Below are positions 1-16,439 of a stretch of 64,000 bases of DNA, in pieces. Source of the stretch: Lama guanicoe. Lineage: Eukaryota. The stretch lies in assembly GCA_013239625.1 (NCBI GenBank), contig MU053881.1:2852001-2916000 (forward strand). The letters are read 5' to 3'. The notes under the pieces were generated by a model. It saw only the letters and a list, made by a program, of their open reading frames with translations, had not been told where the DNA came from and searched no databases. Numbering within the stretch: the first letter of the stretch is position 1; every line of letters starts with the position of its first letter. Both the position numbers and the translations under genes were made by a program.

Positions 1-180
1 CATAAAACAGATCAGCAGTAAGGATTGACTGTACACCAGAGGGAACAATATTTAATATCTTGTACCAACTTATAGTGGAAAATAATCTGAAAAAATACAT
101 AACTGGATCACTTTGCTGTACACCTGAAACTAACACAATACTGTAAAATCAACTATATTTGAATTAAAATAAAAATCTTA
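1..180 (+). mobile_element. LINE-1 3' UTR end with A-rich tail
   Basis: TCACTTTGCTGTACACCTGAAACTAACACAATACTGTAAAATCAACTAT plus A-tail, typical of a laurasiatherian L1 3' terminus. Confidence 0.8.
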
Positions 181-642
181 AAATTGAGCTTCCTCCCCCA
201 AAGTTAGAGAGTAATAATTTTGAAGGCACTGAAGTGTCATGAGCATAATCATCTCTGTGATGCAGGCGCTGTAGTGAGGGCATCGGGGATGGACAGGCAC
301 AGGAACAGAAGAGAAGCATCTGACGAAGGCCTGTGGTGAGCCGGACACTCTAACAGGCGCTCTACATGTTATCTCATTAATGATGCTGCGAGATCTATTC
401 TCACTTCCACTTTACAGACAGAAAGGAAACCTTAGGTTCAGAAAGGTCAAGTGACTTCTCCAGCACCAGTTTTTCAGTGCACGTCTGAAACTTGAACCCA
501 GATCTGACTCTGCACTGAGCGGTGCCGTAAGTGGGGGAAAGATAAAAATGTCAAACTCACGCTGGGCCTGTCCTCGCCTGCACGGACTCCTTACAGCACA
601 GTAACCTTATGCTAGGCCTCTGGTGAGGGCGCCTAATCCCTA

Positions 643-2574
<1,932 letters not shown>

Positions 2575-4089
2575 TTACCTTTAGCTCAGATAACATATTT
2601 CACCCTTTTTACTTCACTGACAATTCATACATCTTGTATATCATAAGCATTAGTTTATTTCCTTTGGGCAAAATTTTGCTACTGTCAAAGCTGGCAATTT
2701 CTATACCTTCTTAAATTATCCAAATGCCACAAGCACATAACAGAGGGCACAGGCGGAAATGTTTTGTGATCCAAGAGGGACAGAGGAGTCGCAGGGAAGG
2801 TTTCAACCTGAAGTCACAAGGTAAAAAGCAACCTTTGATTGGAAAAGCAAACACACAGGATAACCTACAGCAGAAACTAAAGAAGGGAAGCTAATATAAG
2901 AGAACTTACTCTGTGCTGAGAACATGTTGAGTGTTCTCACACATCTTGAATTTTCACAATGACCCTATCAGGGAGGCCCTGCCATCTCCATTATACAGTT
3001 GGGGAAACCAGAGTTCAGAGGGTTAGATTATTTGCCTACAGATGATACATCTACGTGGTGAGACAGACATTCAAACCCAGGCCTGTTTCCTTCTTTCCCT
3101 GTTAGGGCCTAGGAACGTACAACTTCATTCAATACATAATCGGCCTCTAGACAGGATAATACAGTAAGAGTTATAAAAGCAACCAGTGTTAAGTCTGAGC
3201 CCGAACTACATTAATTACCGAGAAACCTTCTGCCTTCACTCCCACTCGTTGGCAAAATCATTAGGCAGTTCACAAAGCCTGGTGATGCCAGCCAGAGGCA
3301 CTGCAGACAACTCTGGGTCATGAGCCAGGATGAATATTACTCTGCCTTCCAGGGGTCTCCTCACTCTGTTGAGTACCATTGCCACTGGCATGTTAGGTAC
3401 CAATTGCTGTTGTCAGCAAAGCTATTGTTGCTACCAGAGCTACCCTGCTGTCTCTTTAAACAGGTGTGATGGGCACCACTGTCAACAGCACCAAAGCAGG
3501 GCAGAGGATTCTGGGTGGTTCAGGTGAGAAGTTGGCATGCACCTCATCCTGGAGTAGGGATTGCTTGGTGAAACCTAATGCCTCATCCCTAAGAAGCGGC
3601 CATGCGGTGTCACTGCCTCTCTACTGCGAGCTGAACCCAACACGAAGAGCTGCAAGGCCTTGGAGGGTCTGAATTCAACTCGTTTTTCATCACCAACTCC
3701 TAAAATGCAACGTTACCATGTCTCTCCCACTTAAAACCCACCATATGAGCTACAGGATAAAGGACAAGTGCCTGAGTAAGACTCATAAAATCCTTCATAA
3801 TTTAGCCCCTCCTTATGTGATCACATCACACAGAACTACTTCAGATCCCCAAATGTGTCATGCATTCTCAAGTATTTTGATGTTTGTTTACGTTTGTTTA
3901 TGTTTTTTCCTTTTGCCTGGAACAACTATTATTTCTTTGTTTGGAAGTTTGTCTTTCAGGACTTAGCCCAGACATGACTATGTGCCAAATTCCTCCAGAT
4001 TACTTCTCATCTCAGATTCAATTATTTGTTTCCTCCCTTCTATCCCCACTGCATCTGTACACACCTCTTTCTTTATCCCAAAGAATTTA

Positions 4090-6080
4090 ATGTTTTTATA
4101 ACGATATTGCAAATGGAAATAATTTTTGACATTTTCTAATTATTCATTGCTGGTGTACAGAGATACTATTGGTTTATGTATATTATCCTTCTATCATCGA
4201 CTTTGTTAAATTCATTTACTAGTTCAAGTAACCTCTTTTTGGAGATTCCTTAGTATTTTCCATATAAAAAATCATTTGTCTGCAAATAAAGAAGTTTTAC
4301 TTCTCCCTTTTCAATCTCCATTTCTTTTATTTCTTTCTTTTGTCTATTGCAATGGCTAAAGCATCCACTATAATTTTCAACAGATGTGCTAAAAGCAGAC
4401 ACATGAGACTTTCATCTTAAGTATAATGTCAGTTGTGGAGTTTTCATAGATGTCCCATATCAGATTTTTTTCAGCTTTTAATAGTTTGTAATTTAATGTG
4501 ATTTCTTTTCTCATTCAAAACAAATGTTCACTTTTCTAACAGATTTTTTTTCCTTTTCTGAGTTTTCATTGAGAATCATTAAATTTTTTGTCAAGTGATT
4601 TTTTTCTGCATATGTTAAGATTTTATTTTTTGTCGTATTAACATCAAAAAGTTATATTCATTGCTTTTCTAATAGTAAATTTATCCTTCGGAAAACTCCA
4701 CTTGGTTATGATGTGTTACTCTTTTTCTATATTGTTCGGTTTAATATATCAATACTTTGTTAAGAATTTTTACATTTTACATATTCATGAAGAATATTAT
4801 TTTATGGTTTTCTATTCTTATAATTTCTTTTACTGGTTTTGCTATTGGAATAAAACTGGCCTCATTAAATGACTTGGGAAGTATTCCCACCCCCTCTGTT
4901 TAGGTTGTGTTGGATTGGCACTGTATCCTTCTTTAGTGTTTACAGAAATCACCAGTGAAGCTATCTGCGCCTGAAATTTGCTTTGTAGGAAAATTTTAAA
5001 TTACAAATTTAAAATTTAACAGACATAGGGCTATTAATATTTTCTTCTATTTCTTCTTGTGTTAGTTTTGTGACTTGTGGAATTTGTCTCATCTAAATTA
5101 TGAGAATTATTAACAAAAGTTGTTTGTAACATTCCCTTATTATCTTTCAAATTCTATACCCTGTATAGATTTATTCTTGATTCTCTCTTTTTATCGCTAA
5201 TGTTGGTAACTTGTATCCTTTGCATTTTTTCCCTGATCAGTCTAGCTAGAAGTTTATCAATTTTATTGCTCTTTCCAAAGGACCAGGTTTTAAAATCTGT
5301 CTTCTATGTCATTTATTTCTATTGTTATCAGTATTATTTCCTTCCTTCTACTTACTATGGATTTAATTTACCCTTCTTTTTCTAGTTTCTTAATGTGAAA
5401 GCTTAGGTACTGCATTTTTGAAATCTTTCTTTTGCAACATTAGCATTTCAAAACTAAAAATTTCCCTGTAAATACTGCTTTAGCTTCATCCCATAATTTT
5501 TAGTATACAGTCATTTTATTATCATATAGTTCAAGCTTACTTTCAGAAAACAAACCTTGTAAGATTTCAACCTTCTGAAATATACTGAGACTTATTTTAT
5601 GTCCTACCACATGGCCTACTTGCTGAATGTTCCTTGTACACTTGGGAAAAAAGTGCATTCTGCAGTTGCTGGATATAAATGCCAGTTAGGTCATGATTGT
5701 TGATGGTGGCTTTCGGATCTTTGATTTCTTCACTTTTGAGGGGATCCAGTTGTGCTATCAATTACTGAGAGAAGTGTATTAAAGTGTCCAACCACGACTG
5801 TGGCTTTGACTGTTTCTCCCTTTCATTCAGTTAGTTTTTGCTTCATGTATTTTGAAATTCATTTTATTAGATGTATATACACTTATAATTGTTATACCTC
5901 CTTAATGTATTAGCCCAGTTATCATTTGAAGGATTCCTCTTAGTCTCCAGCAATCCTCCTTGTACTGATTTTTTTTCTGGTATTAATATATCCACTTTAA
6001 ATTTCTTATGCATACTGCTTGCATGGTACATTTCTAGTCTTTTATTCTCTACGTATTGGTGTCTTTGTATTTAAAGTGCA
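4090..6080 (-). mobile_element. Old, decayed LINE-1 (L1M-type) ORF2 region, continuing after the nested L1 to ~8800
   Basis: T-rich plus strand with antisense L1 ORF2 motifs (CTGGCCTCATTAAATGACTTGGGAAGTATTCCC, CACCAGTGAAGCTATCTG, AGTCTAGCTAGAAGTTTATCAATTTTATTG). Confidence 0.75.
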
Positions 6081-6086
6081 TCTCAC

Positions 6087-7920
6087 CTATACTACAAAGC
6101 TACAGTAATCAAAACAGTATGGTACTGGCACAAAAACAGACACATAGCTCAACAGAACAGGACAGAAAGTTCAGAAATAAACCCACGTGCTTATGGTCAA
6201 TTAATCTACAACAAGGGAGTCAAGAATATATAATGGAGAAAAGACAGTCTCTTCAATAAGTGTGTTGGGAAAACTGGGCAGCTACATGTAAAAGAATGAA
6301 ATCATAACATTCTCTAACATCATAGACAAAAATAAACACAAAATGGATTAAAGACCTAAATGTACAACTGGATACTATAAAACTCCTAGAGGAAAGCATA
6401 GACAGAACACTGACATAAATTGCAGCAATATTTTCTGCTCCTAGAGTAATGGAAATAGAAACAAAAATAAACAAATGGGACCTAATTAAACTCAAAAGCT
6501 TTTGTGCAGCAAAGGAAATTATACACAAAACAAAAAGACAACCTACAGAATGGGAGAAAATATTTGCAAATAATGCAACTGACAAGGGATTAATTTCCAA
6601 AATATACAAGTAGCTCACACAGCTCAATATCAAAAAACCAAACAACCCAAACAAAAAATGGGCGGAAGATCTAAATAGACATTTCTCCAAAGAAGACATA
6701 CAGGTGACCAAAAGGCACATGAAAACATGCTCAACATCATTAATTATTTGAGAAATGCAAATCAAAACTACAATGAGGTATCACTTCACACCGGTCAGAA
6801 GGGCCATTATCAAAAAGTTTACAAATAATAAATGCTGGAGAGGGTGTGGAGAAAAAGGAACCCTCCTGCCCTGTGGGTGGGGATGTAGATCGGTGCAGCC
6901 ACTGTGGAGAATAGTATGGAGGTTCCTTAAAAAACTAAAAATAGAGTTACAATATGATCCAGCAATCCTACTCCCTGGCATATATCAGGAGAAAAACTCT
7001 AATTCAGAAAGATGCAAGCACCGCAATGTTCACAGCAGCACTATTTACAATAGCCAAGACACAGAAGCAACCTAAATGTCCATCGACAGATGAATGGATA
7101 AAGAAAACGTGGTGTATATATACAGAATGGAACACTACTCAGCCATAAAAAGGAATGAAATAATGTCATTCGCAGCAACATAGATGGACACAGAGATTAT
7201 CATAGTAAGTGAAGTCAGTCATCAGAGAAAGACAAATACATGATAGCACTTATATGTGGAATCTTTAACTGACCTGTGGGTGGGGATGTAGATCGGTGCA
7301 GCCACTGTGGAGAATAGTATGGAGGTTCCTTAAAAAACTAAAAATAGAGTTACAATATGATCCAGCAATCCTACTCCCTGGCATATATCAGGAGAAAAAC
7401 TCCAATTCAGAAAGATGCAAGCACCGCAATGTTCACAGCAGCACTATTTACAATAGCCAAGACACAGAAGCAACCTAAATGTCCATCGACAGATGAATGG
7501 ATAAAGAAAACGTGGTGTATATATACAGAATGGAACACTACTCAGCCATAAAAAGGAATGAAATAATGTCATTCGCAGCAACATAGATGGACACAGAGAT
7601 TATCATAGTAAGTGAAGTCAGTCATCAGAGAAAGACAAATACATGATAGCACTTATATGTGGAATCTTTAAAAAAATGATACAAATGAACTTACAAAACA
7701 GAAAGAGACTTGCAGACATAGAAAACAAACTTAAAGTTAGCCGGTAGGTGGGGGTGAGGGTGGGATAAACTGGGAGTATGGGATTGGCTGATAGAAACTA
7801 CTATGTACAGAATAGATAGACAACAAGGTTCTATTGTATAACACAGGGAACTATATTTAATGGCTTGTAGTAAACTGTAATGAAAAAGAATATGGAAAAA
7901 AACTAAAAATGAGAAAAAAT
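6087..7920 (+). mobile_element. Younger 5'-truncated LINE-1 (ORF2 C-terminus, 3' UTR, A-tail) with internal 399-bp tandem duplication
   Basis: ATACTACAAAGCTACAGTAATCAAAACAGTATGGTACTGGC...; translated fragments [15 protein letters not shown]...[14 protein letters not shown] and [27 protein letters not shown] match the L1 ORF2 C-terminus; A-rich tail at ~7880-7920. Confidence 0.93.
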
Positions 7921-10039
7921 TAAGTGTACCTTATATAAGTAACACATAGCTGGTCATTGCTTTTTTGATTAGTTTTTGGTTCATTTACACTTAATTATTG
8001 ACATATTTACGTATATATCTACAATCTTCCTTCTTGGCTGTATCTATCTCTGTATCTAAAGTTCCCCTTTTTATAAACTGAATTTCTGTTTTTTATAGTT
8101 TTCATTTCTCTGTTGAGATTTTCTTATCTATTCACTCACTGACGCCATATTTTCTTCAACTGGATGAACCTATTTATCATAGTTACTTTGAAGTTTTTGT
8201 CAAATCCAACACTTCGGCTCACCCAGAGTCAGTTTCTATTGACTGCCCTGCTTTTTTCCCTGAGTATGGGTCACACTTCTGTTTCTTTGCATGTCTAGTA
8301 ATTTTTGGTTGGAACAGTATTATATGTAATACATGTAATGATTTGATTGTGTTCTTCTAAAAGCTGTCTTTTCATTATTGTTGTTGTTCTAGTCTTTAAT
8401 CTGCCTGAGCTCAAACTGCAAGCTTTGTCTCCTTCACACAAGGTAGGTGTTAATAGCTTTGCTGGTATCTACGGCTTCCAGCTGCTGCTCTTTTAACCTG
8501 ACCCCTTGGCGGTGGGGGGCAGAGTGGTTCTCTCCTGTGCTTGCCTAATTTGGCTGTCAGGCAAGGATTTGGGCAGAGATTGTACTCAAATTTTAGGGTT
8601 TATCCTTCCTGTGACTGTCTTGCTCCTGTGGATTCTTTCCCAATTACTTGCTGCTCTGCCATTCTTGACCTCTATCCCCTGACATTTCAAAACCATGAAA
8701 CTTCAGCTTTCTGCCATGTAAGTGGCAAATTAGGGAATGCAACAAACTCAGATTGCCCCATGCAGCTATCTTTCAAGAGTAGATTTCTCTCTACTGTCTG
8801 ACTGATTTTTCACTGGGCCTTCAGGGAGTATTTTAGCAGGTTAAGGGAGTTTCGTAGATTGGAAGTACAATTCAACTGCATTGCTCTACCTTGGAGAGAG
8901 TTCACTGCTCCCCTCTTCAATGACTCCACAGCACTCTGTATATACCGTATCACTTCAGTGCATATGGCAGAGCACTTGCTAATCCTCTCCCCCTTTAGAC
9001 AGTAACTTATTTTTATCCTGTATCCTTGGTACCTATATGGTATCAGGGACTTAACAAATGATAAATGAATAAACTTGATCTAATAACAATTGTAGATTTA
9101 TCCTCTCATCTCGTTGTCCTCTCAGCCTCTTCCTAACTCCTAATTAAGTAATTTGCATTTCCATCACATATTATCCTAAGTTTTCACAGATAACAAATTG
9201 TGTTTCTAATTTTAATAATTATGTCACCAGAGGCAAGAGAAATACAGATGACTAAGACACTCCAATAGTTTGCATCTGCAGAATGAATCTCAGCAATAAA
9301 TCCACGAGGCCCTTGTCCTTCCCATTAATCCTGTTTTCAGAACTCGATGCCTCACAGCAACTTTGTGGGGTGAATATTATTCACATTTTATAGCCAAAAA
9401 ATCTGAAGTTGGAAGTCTCATTCATCAGCACCTGCAAGGTGCTGGTTGGAGGCTTGGTTCCTGATCATGGTGCTGATAATGGATTTGCTCTTCACCACTC
9501 CAGGATCAGCTCATGGTTTTGGTTTTCTTTTTCTCCATGGAGGTTTCTGTTAATTCCCGCCAGCCCACCAAGCAGGAAAAATTAGTTTCATTCAAGATCT
9601 AGTTGTTTTGTTTTGTTTTGTTTCAGCAGAGAGCCCTTTAAGATCAGTCATGCTGCTGAAGGCAGAAGGTCCTGGTCCAGGCTCTTCACTATATCCCAAA
9701 ATTAACTGCTTATCTTTCCCTCTAGGACTGAGTACAGTGCCACAGTGACTGGCACAGCATCCGACACATGGCTAAGTGCTCCAGAAATACGAGCTGAATT
9801 GAAAATGAAATAATTCCGAGGGGGAAAGCTGATCTTCCACACCTCGTGTATGGAACTTCCATTCAACAAGACTGAAAATAATAGAGATACTTCAGGTTTC
9901 CCTTCACCTGTCAGTCTTTTCTACAAGGAAAATGTAATGGCTTCATTATTTGGTGAAACTAGACCAAAGACTGACCCAGGATCCCCCTTTCTCTTTTTAA
10001 GCCCTCTACCCTAGGGAGACTATCTGCTTTTTCCTTGGG

Positions 10040-12475
10040 TAAGGTTACCATTTTGGTATAAGGTATGATGTCTATGCCAAGGTTCTTTTTTTGCCTTTGA
10101 ATGTCCAATTGTTCCAGCATTGTTTGTTGAAAATACTATCTTTCCTCCAATGAATTACTCTTGCATCTTTACAAAAAAAAATCAGCTATACTTGTGTGGG
10201 TCTCTCAGGTCTCTATTCTATTCCATTTATTGATGTGGTAATCCTTCAACCAATAGCACACTGTCATAATTGCTGTAGCTAAATAGTAAATCTTAAAATC
10301 GGATAGTTTGATTCCTCCAACTATAGTCTTTTTCAAAATTGTTTGGCTAATTTATTTCCTATTTTCCACATAAATTTTGGGAGCAGCTTGTCTATATTCA
10401 TAAAGGACCACGTTCAGATTTTGGTAGGAATTAAGTTAAATCTATACATCAATTTGGGAGGGACTGACATCTTTAGCATGTTGAGTCTTCCCATCCATGA
10501 ACACAGTATGTCTCTTATTTAAGTTTTCTTTCTTTCAGAAGCATTTTGTAGTTTTCAACATATTGATCCTATATATATAGTTAGATTTATATCAAAGTAT
10601 TTCATTTTTGTGGATGTTTGTAAATGATACTGTGTTTTCAATTTAAGTTTCCAAATGTTTACTGCTAGTATACAGAAATATCATTGATTTGTGTTGACCT
10701 TGTATGCAGGGACCTCGCTAACTTATAACCCCACTTATTTCTTCTAAAAGAGTTTCTCTTCCTTCCTTCTTTCCTCTCTTCCTCCATCTTCCCCGCCCCT
10801 CGTTCTTTCTTGTAGATTCTTTAGGATTTTCCATGTACATAATCATGTTTTCTGGAAAAAGGTACACTTTTATTTCTTCCTTTATAATCTGTTTGCCTGT
10901 TATTTCCTTTTCTTGCCTTATTGTACCAGCTAAGACTTTCAGTACCACGTTACTATAAAATATTGATGAAGGAAATTGAAGATGATAGAAAGAAATGGGA
11001 AGCTATCTTATCCAGCACCATTTACTGAAAAGACTGTCTTTGCTCCATTGTACTACTTCAGCTCCTGTTCTACAGTCTTTGTTGACTGCAGTAATGTGGG
11101 TCTGTTTCTGGGCTTTCTATTCTGTTCCACTTATCTGTCTGTCTTTCCTTTCACCAATATCACACTGTCTTGATTATTGTAGTTTGTAGTGAGTCTTGAA
11201 GTCCATATGACAGCGGCAGTCCCCTGACTTTGTTCTTCTTCAATATTAAGTTGGCTATTCTCAGTCTTTTGCCTCTTCATATAAACTTTAATCAGTTTAT
11301 TGATCTCCACAAAATAACTTGCTAGGATTTTGATTGGGATTGCATTGAATCTATAGATCAGGTTCCTAAGAACTGACATTTTTGACAATGTTGTGTCTTC
11401 CTATCCATGAACATGGAATCTCTCTCCATTTATTTAGTTCTTAAATATCTTTCATCAGTTTTGGAGTTTTCCTCATACCGATCTTATATATGTTTTGTTA
11501 GGTTTATACTTAGTTATTTCATTTTTTTAGGTTCTAAAATAAATGGTAATATGTTTTTAACTTCAAATTCTACTTGTTCATTGCTGGACTATAGGAAAGT
11601 GACTGCCTTGTAAACTGACCTTGCATCCTACAATTTTGCTATTATCCCCTATTAGATTTTTTTTTGTCAGTTCGTTCAGATTTTTTTCTTCATATGTGAT
11701 TATGACCTCTGTGAGCAAAGACAGTTTTATTTCTTCTTTTGCAATCTGTATACTTTTCTTTTTCTTGTCTAATTGTATTAGCTAGGACTTCCAGCACAAC
11801 ACTGAAAAGCATTGATAAGAGGGGACATCCTTTCCTTGTTCTTGATCTAAGTGGGAAAATTTCAAGCTTTGTACCATTAAGTATGATAGGTTTTTTGTTT
11901 GTTTGTTTGTTTGTTTTTTTAGATGTTCTTTATCAAGTTGAGGAAACTCCCCCTCTAATCTGAGTTTGCTGAGGGTTTTTTTTTAAATACCATGAAAGGA
12001 TGTTGTATTTCGTTAAATGCTTTTTCTATATCTATTGATATGATCTGATTTTTCTTTGTTAGCCTGTTGATGTGCTGGATTACATTAATTGATTTTTGAA
12101 TGCTGAACCAGACTTGCATACCTAGGGTAAATTCCTCTTGGTCATGGTGTATATTTTTATACATTGTTAGATTCAATTTGCTAACATTTTGTTGAGGACT
12201 TTTGCACCTACGTTCAATGAGATATACTGGCCTGTATTTTTCGTACAATGTCTTTGTCTGTTTTTAGGGCATTAGGGTAATGCTGGCCTCATGGAATAAG
12301 TTAGGAAGTATTTATTTCTTTTGCTTCTATTTTCTGTAGAGAATTGGTATAATTTCTTCCTTAAATGTTTAGAAGAATGTACCAGTAAACCCATCTGGGC
12401 CTGGTGCTTTGTGATTTGAAAGGTAATTAGTTATTGATTCAATTTCTTTAATAGATATAGGTCTATCCATATAAC
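10040..12475 (-). mobile_element. Two or more fragmented old LINE-1 ORF2 (RT) segments
   Basis: Minus-strand ORFs 11955-12248 (HHDQEEFTLGMQVWFSIQKSINVIQHINR...ISIDIEKAF), 11131-11388 (IYRFNAIPIKI) and 10718-10948 (VLAGTIRQEKEI...MENPKES) are L1 ORF2 motifs. Confidence 0.9.
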
Positions 12476-14314
12476 TTTTATAACAAAATTTAAAGTTTAA
12501 AAAGTGTTGGTTATCCCCAAATTAATCTATAAATTTAACAAACCTCAAACAAAATTCCAGTGGTATTTTTAAAAAGAATGAATAAGATGATTCAAAAGTT
12601 CATTTGAAAGAGGAAAGACTCAAGAATAACATAAAAGGAGAACGAAAGATAAACAAGGAGGCTTTGCCCTAACAAACGTCAAGGTGAACAGCAGAGCTAC
12701 AGCAATTAAAATATGTAGAAAATGGGCCCCAGAGCCGGAAACTTAGCTTATGACACAGGTAGTTTTCCACATAATCGGGTAGATCATTCAACAGTATTAA
12801 ATGAGCTAACCACCTACTTGAGAGGAGTCTTCCCTTTCAGCAAAATTCTAGACAATCGAAAAGTTAGACTATTACCTGTGGCACAAATCTAAGAAGTTTG
12901 ATAACATCCAGGTTGGCCAAAGTATAAGAAAACAAGTATTCTTAAACACTGTTCATGTAAGAATGTACATTGCAGTCTTTTTGAAGTATAATTTGGTGGT
13001 TATATATCAGTCAGTGATCTTAGTAGCAAGTGAAAAAACCAAATCACAAAAAACACCCACTCTGATTAATTTAAGTACAAAAGGAACTGATTAAGGATAA
13101 TGGGTAGCTCCCAGGATTCAGAGGAGAGCCTGAGAACAAGCTTGGAGTCTATGCAGCCAAAATGGTTGCTTGAAACCATACTGCACAACTGAATATGCCA
13201 GTATCACTGCCACGTGGCCAGCTGTGCCCTGGGCCCTACTGCTACGTGTCAGGCCATTGCTGCTGTGGCCTCGCCAAAATAGAGTCCACTTTACCCTGCT
13301 TTTCTCATCACCAGCTTCCAATTCGAAGTCTGGAATAAGTGCATATGTCCAAGCCTTAGGTGCGAGGGAGCCTAGGAATGTATCTGGAATTGAAGCTTCT
13401 TTAGGAAGAAATACATTTTATCACCAAAGTTGGGCGTTTTTGCAAACAGAGCTCTGGATTTCAGATACTAAGATTCCACAACAAACCACGTTATGTCTAC
13501 AGCAGTGATATATATTAAAATCATAAATACATATTGCTCTTTAATTTCAAAATTCCACTGTAAGGAACCTGCCCTACAAACACATTCTTATGACCATGCA
13601 AGAGAGTTCATTACATCATAGTCTGTAATAGCAAAAAAAATTAAAATCGATAAGGGGCTGGTTAAATAAATTACGGCTTTTTTATATTAGAATAATGTAC
13701 AGCTGATAAAATACTTATTAAATGAATACCTTGGGCCTGGAACCTTATTATATACTGGGAATACCACTGTAAACAAAGTGGACAATAGTTTGAAAGAGGT
13801 ACCAATATTTTTAAAATGCCTAAAATGTATTAAGTAGTTTAAAAGATTAGTATGGCTCTACTGGGAGAAAATTAGACATTTATGTATGTTTGTGTACACA
13901 CACATAAAAATAGTTAAAAGTCTACCAGTTAGCACCTGGTTGAACCTACCTCAGTTTCCTCATCTATCAAACAGGGACAATAATAGTACCTACACTCTCA
14001 TGGGATTGCAGTGAAGATGGCACGAGCTAATCCATGCAAGGCACTTCACATGATGCCTGGCATGAAAGCCAGCTTTTCTCACTATGTCACTCATGCTCAC
14101 CATGATTAATATGGTCAACCCTATACAGCAGTCATTCAGAATCAAAATACCAGCTCCTTGACAGGAGAGGCACAGGACCCAAACAAAGGAAGGCTTAAAG
14201 TTTTATTGATTGCCAAGAAGGCAAACCCCATAAAATGAAAAGTTAAACTATGCTTCTAATTAGAAAGACAATATTATTAAGATATTAATTCTCCTTTAAA
14301 TGATAAGTCTAATG

Positions 14315-14500
14315 TAGTGGTCTGGACCAGTGGCAATTTTGCTCCCCACAGGAGACAGTTAGCACTATCTGGCTGTCACAAGTGGAGGGGAGTGCTGTGA
14401 CCGGCTGGCATGGACCTGGGGGGTGGAGACCAAAGACGCTACTAAACATCCCAGTGCCCCAGGACAGCCTCCCACAGCGCAGAATAAACTGGCCCAAGGT
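14315..14500. mobile_element. MER20-like hAT-Charlie DNA transposon remnant
   Basis: GCAATTTTGCTCCCCACAGGAGACA...GCTACTAAACATCC...CAGGACAGCCTCCCACA...CTGGCCCAA resembles the MER20 consensus. Confidence 0.7.
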
Positions 14501-15754
14501 AATCCCCTGATCTAATGTAATCCTTGATAAGATGATTCTAAAATTCACTTGAAGAACTAAATGGTCACAACAGCCAAGAAATTTCTGGGGAAAAAAAAAG
14601 TAAGGAGAGGTAATTGCTCTGCCAGATATGAAAAAAATATCAAACTACAAAAGTAAAACAGTAGAGTTCTGGCATTGAGAATAGACAAATCAATGCAACA
14701 GAATAGAAAACCCAGAAACATATACAAGTGTATAAAATAATCTGGTGTAAGAAATGTGTTTCAAATAAGTGGAGAAAAATAATTATTTAACAAATGATTC
14801 CCAGACAGTTGATTTACATCATATATTATAAAATCGAATATCCAGAATGTTTCCCTCATACATCTGCAATCAGGATGCATATAATAGTGTATACATTTCA
14901 TGTGATAGTTTCTTTTTCCCTGAAAACCTGTTCTTAAATTGACAGCAAGTCTTAGATTAAGTGCTGTCTTAGAAATAAGGCAATACAGTATACAGAAAAT
15001 GGTAAGCCTACTTCATGCCGCATAAAACATTTTAGATGAATTAAAGAACTAAAAGTTAAGAATGAGACAGTAAAAGAACAATAGTAAGGAAATAATAGGA
15101 AAATAATCTCAGGACAGGGAAAATCTTTCTAAATATAAAACAAAAGAAAAAGAAAGAAAGAAGATGCACAAAGACATACGTAAAAATGTAAAACTTCATT
15201 AAATAAACCACCACAAACTATGGATTACTAAATTTAGTGTAATCCCAATTTAAAAGTAAAAATTGGGAAGTTGACCAAATAATTTTAAAGTTACCTGAAA
15301 GAATAAATATGCAAAGCTAGCCAGAAAAATTCTAAAGAGGAAGAGCAATGAGAGTTTCCTTTGCTTATTACCATACCAGCATGTTATGAGGCCACAATAC
15401 AAAGTCCACAGATAGACATGCAGGTTATCAGTTGATAAAGGTAATATTTCAAACCACTGGGTAAAACGGATAGGTAATTCAATAAACGATGTTGGGACAA
15501 CTAGCTAACCGTCTGGAGAGAAAAATACGATTTTATTCGTTTTTTGAAACGAAATCCTGGTGGATTAATGAATTAAACACAAAAAATATTTTTATGATGT
15601 TAGGAGTGAGGAAAGCCTGTCTAAGTGTGACAACAAAGGCAGAAATCATGAAGGAAAAGAGTGACGGAATTGACTATATACTAATTTAAAACTGTACAGA
15701 AAACCAAAGAAATCAAAAGGTTGAAAAATGTGACATGCATGACACAGGGGGCTT

Positions 15755-16170
15755 TGTTAGTTTCCTGGTACAAATAACTGGCTGGCTTAAAACAACAAGA
15801 ATTTATCCTCTCACAGTTCCGGAGGCTCGGAAGTCCAAAATCAAGGTGTCTTCAGGGCCGTGCTCTCTCGAAGGCTCTAGGGGAGAGTCAGTTCTGTGCC
15901 TTTCCCTGAGCTTCTGGTGTCGCCAGCAACACTGCTTGGTGTCCTCGATTTGCAGCCGCATCGCTCCCATTGTCACATGTGATCTTCCTCCGTCTTCACA
16001 TCTTCTTATGAGGACACCAGTCATACGGGATTAAGGGCCCACCCTACTCTGTATGACCTCATCTTCACTGATTACATCTGCGGTGACTCTACTTTCAAAT
16101 CAGGGCACATTCCGTAGTGGTGGCCAGGACTTCAACATATCGTTTTGGGGGACTCAATCCAACCTATAAA
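15755..16170. mobile_element. MaLR solo LTR (MLT1 family)
   Basis: GGCTTAAAACAACAAGAATTTATCCTCTCACAGTTCCGGAGGCTCGGAAGTCCAAAATCAAGGTGTC...AGGACACCAGTCAT...GGACTTCAACATAT. Confidence 0.85.
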
Positions 16171-16439
16171 GTCTTTACTATGTAAATAAAATTGGAAAAT
16201 TAGCAGAAAAAACCCCTAAATTTGATAGGACAAGAAGAGGCAGATGACACACACTCACACACACACTGTGTATAGAGAGAGGTCTCCAATATTCTATCTC
16301 AAATAAACACGTGCAGGGTGTCCAGCTCTACCGCATGTGGGCACACGCTCTGACCGCCAGCCCCACTGCTCCTCCTTCCCTCGCCCTCACCTGGGTGAGG
16401 CGCAGTGGCACTTCCCAGGGCTAGGTCCTGTGTGCTCTC

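Noticed and set aside
6253..6765. 170-aa hydrophobic ORF on the minus strand
   Set aside because: Familiar antisense translation of the L1 ORF2 3' region, not a gene.
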